NCBI RefSeq assembly: GCF_032191835.1
Contig: NC_083229.1
Location: forward strand, 107,260,001-107,324,000
Direction: 5' to 3'
DNA: 64,000 nucleotides
From: Heteronotia binoei
Taxonomy: Eukaryota
Below, in pieces: positions 61,261-64,000 of the stretch (positions are counted from its first letter, which is position 1; each line of letters starts with the position of its first letter). The notes beneath the pieces are model-generated. The model made no database searches. It worked only from the letters and a program-made list of their open reading frames with translations, and was not told the DNA's origin. The position numbers and the translations under genes are program-made.

Positions 61261-62508
61261 AACTGATTATATATTTTTGAAATTAACAAAAAAAAAATTA
61301 AATCTAAAAAGTGTCAATTTCTCACAGTTCTTATTATCTCTTTGCAGAAGGCTAAAGGAAGACTGGATTAACCAACACACAAAACATGCTATATTACAAT
61401 AATCTAACTAAATTGATTCCTATACTACAGGGAGATTAGTGCTTGCTCACTCACTCTTGGAAGAGTAAATGTTATCATTTGGACTGTCATGCCTCAAAGG
61501 AGAAGAAATGCTGCAACCTCAAACCATTATTGATTTGATGGTTTCTTAGTAATTGGGTTACTCTGCTGCTTTTGATCTTGCGGCTGGAGCTTCAGTTATA
61601 ATTCTGTTCTAAAATATTATTCTTTCCTAAATAGAAAAAAAAATCATACCACAAATGGCTCAGGACATCCAACCACAGTGCTTTACTCCTTCATTAGCTC
61701 TTTATGCATCCTAGAATAATTCAGTATGAATATCACACACCTTTAATAAAGGCTATACTCTTTATAAATGTATAAGAACAGCAGATTGTATTATTTTAAA
61801 AAATGTAACCATGTTTATTAATTCATCCCGGTATATGTTAGCATATCATCACCATGTTGACTTTATCTGCCTGGACTAGAAACTCAGAAACTGTATTGAG
61901 ATGACATCAACATAATATGCTTCATCTATTAATTCACAACGCCTTTTTAGGATTAAACTGTATCTCTGCAGCTAACCCATTTATTTAAACCTGAGCCTGG
62001 GCCAAAATTATACAGCACAACTGATACAGCACAACTGGATGAAGGTAGAAAAATCCTAATCCCCACAACGTTTCCTTCAGGTGCATTTGTTTCAGTCAAA
62101 GTCATTCTTGGTATTAGAGCCTTGCTGAGGAGAAAAATGCCTTGAAGGGGTAGGTTGAGAACATAACTCCACACAAAAAGTGGCAAAAAACAGCAACTCT
62201 ACACCTCCTCTTATGTCCTGCTTTAAATATGACTGAGCAGAGGTAAACCTCTACTCAGTTTTGCCCTGAAACCTCCCTCCCTGTCACTGCTGACCCGTCA
62301 CTGACTTCCACTTTCTGAAACACCAAAGAAAAGCAATGCCTCCAGTCCACAGAAATCTAGTCAGCTCTGTATTCCAGTTACTGACTAAAATTGCAGCAGC
62401 ATAATCAGGGAAGTTCTCTATGGGTTCAGAGGCAGCTTTCAAGAATCAACCATCCTAACAGACTGATCATTCCTGCAGGTACTCTTACATGGGAATAAAT
62501 GTTGGAGT

Positions 62509-62822
62509 AAAAAAAAAAAGGCAAAGGTTGTCCCCTGTGCAAGCACCAGTCATTTCCGACTCTGGGGTGACGTCGCATCATGACGTTTTCACGGCAGACT
62601 TTTTACGGAGTGGTTTGCCATTGCCTTCACCAGTCAGCTACACTCCCTCACCCCCAGCAAGCTGGGCGCTCATTTTACCGACCTCGGAAGGATGGAAGGC
62701 TGAGTCAACCTGGAGCCGGCTACCTGAACCCAGCTTCTGCTGGGATCGAGCTCAGCTCATGAGCAGAGAGTTTGGACTGCAGTACTGCAGCTTTACCACC
62801 CTGCGCCATGGGGCTGCATACC
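62509..62822 (-). mobile_element. Full-length Sauria SINE (Squam1)
   Basis: tRNA-like head (reverse CTTTACCACCCTGCGCCATGGGGC), Sauria body and BovB-like tail. Perfect 12-bp TSD AAATGTTGGAGT (62497-62508 / 62823-62834). Confidence 0.93.
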
Positions 62823-64000
62823 AAATGTTGGAGTTGGGAGGACTAAAGTGACCCAAATTCAGGGTTTGTTGAGGTGGCATGAGCTAGCAACTTTCTTTCA
62901 GCCTAATGAACCTCACAGGATTATCATGAGGACGAACAGAGGAAAAAAGAACCACAAATGATACCATGAGCTCCTCAAGAAAAGGTGGGCTAAAAAAAAA
63001 AATCTAACAGTATTACTCACACGTTTACTCAGCAGAACAAAAAGGAGTTCTTTGATAGCAAGAGCATACTGCATCAAATGCACGAAATGTATCCTCAAGT
63101 TGACAGAGACTATCATGCATATGGATGTTTTAGGCAAAGAGATCAAAAGACGTCGTGAAATGCAAGAGGTACACTCTTGTCTATGTAAAGATCAAATGTA
63201 TACGTAATGACACATGTCCTGCTGCTCCACCCAGCAAAGACTCAAGGCTTCTTACAAAAGAAGTGGCTCTTCTTCCAGCAGAACAGCCACTTAGTTCTTG
63301 TTTATACTCTTGAGGATGAAGGATTCCAGTTTTGTTGAACAGAATTAGAAACATATACTAGTAACCACAATGAGCAGTAACTGGCAACAGCAGTTAGCTT
63401 TGCTTAACTAAACTGTTAGCCTTGTTAACCTAAACATAGCACCTTGAGTGGAAGTAAAAATCCTTCATTTTGATTCACACCCAAATACAGCTCCAAAGAA
63501 TTCTATTTCAACAATCTTAGTGCACCACTCTTCGACTGGACAAAACAACCAGCTCAAGGACCAGTCAACTCCAGCAATAAAGAGCTTAGTGCAAAAGAGT
63601 GCTTGTATCTTAGAAATATCATATTTTCATTTTAAAGTCCATTTCCAGAAGACTCTACAAGGTCCACCTCCAACGGAACCCGAAGCCAGCTGACGTTTCC
63701 CGCGCTGTTTCAGATTCCTTTGTCAAAGAGGGGAGTCTGAAGTCCTTCCAAGATTTTTCACAACAGAAAAGTATTCAGGAGCTCATACAAGCACACAGAA
63801 TTCCTTCCAAGGGCCTCTGCTGGGGGCAGGAGATTCCCCCGCTCCAGGGCCCTTCCCCCTGGTGCGGGGGAATTGCCTGGCCAGTGGGGGATGTATAGGC
63901 ATGAAAACTAGGCCTAAGTTAGTGACATCATGTCAGCCATGCATCAGTGATGATAAACCACAGATTTTTTTTGCCGAAATGCCAGGGTGTCCTTATGTCA

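Overview
Vertebrate genomic DNA from a squamate reptile, most likely a gecko. The evidence is the repeat set: Sauria SINEs, 5S-derived SINEs, Squam2/Squam3-like SINEs, BovB, and young L2 and CR1 elements. The window lies inside the SLC22A23 gene (minus strand). Two spliced coding exons are present (53885-53988, 104 nt; 52171-52325, 155 nt); everything else is intron (more than 52 kb downstream and more than 10 kb upstream of these exons). The introns are densely filled with transposable elements. These include one apparently full-length L2 LINE with an unbroken 1022-aa endonuclease/RT ORF (36119-39187), a 5'-truncated dead BovB, several CR1 and L2 fragments, many SINEs, hAT-type MITEs with 8-bp target-site duplications (TSDs), two solo-LTR-like elements and Penelope-like remnants. 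Almost all short ORFs in the track are spurious or TE-derived. I found no convincing new gene system. The most interesting items are the intact L2 (in-frame 99-bp duplication, CpG/YY1 leader, UUCG 3' hairpin), three LINE-SINE tail partnerships, a decayed hammerhead-like motif and several nested insertions. TE family names come from recalled consensus features rather than a database search, and boundaries without a stated TSD are approximate.
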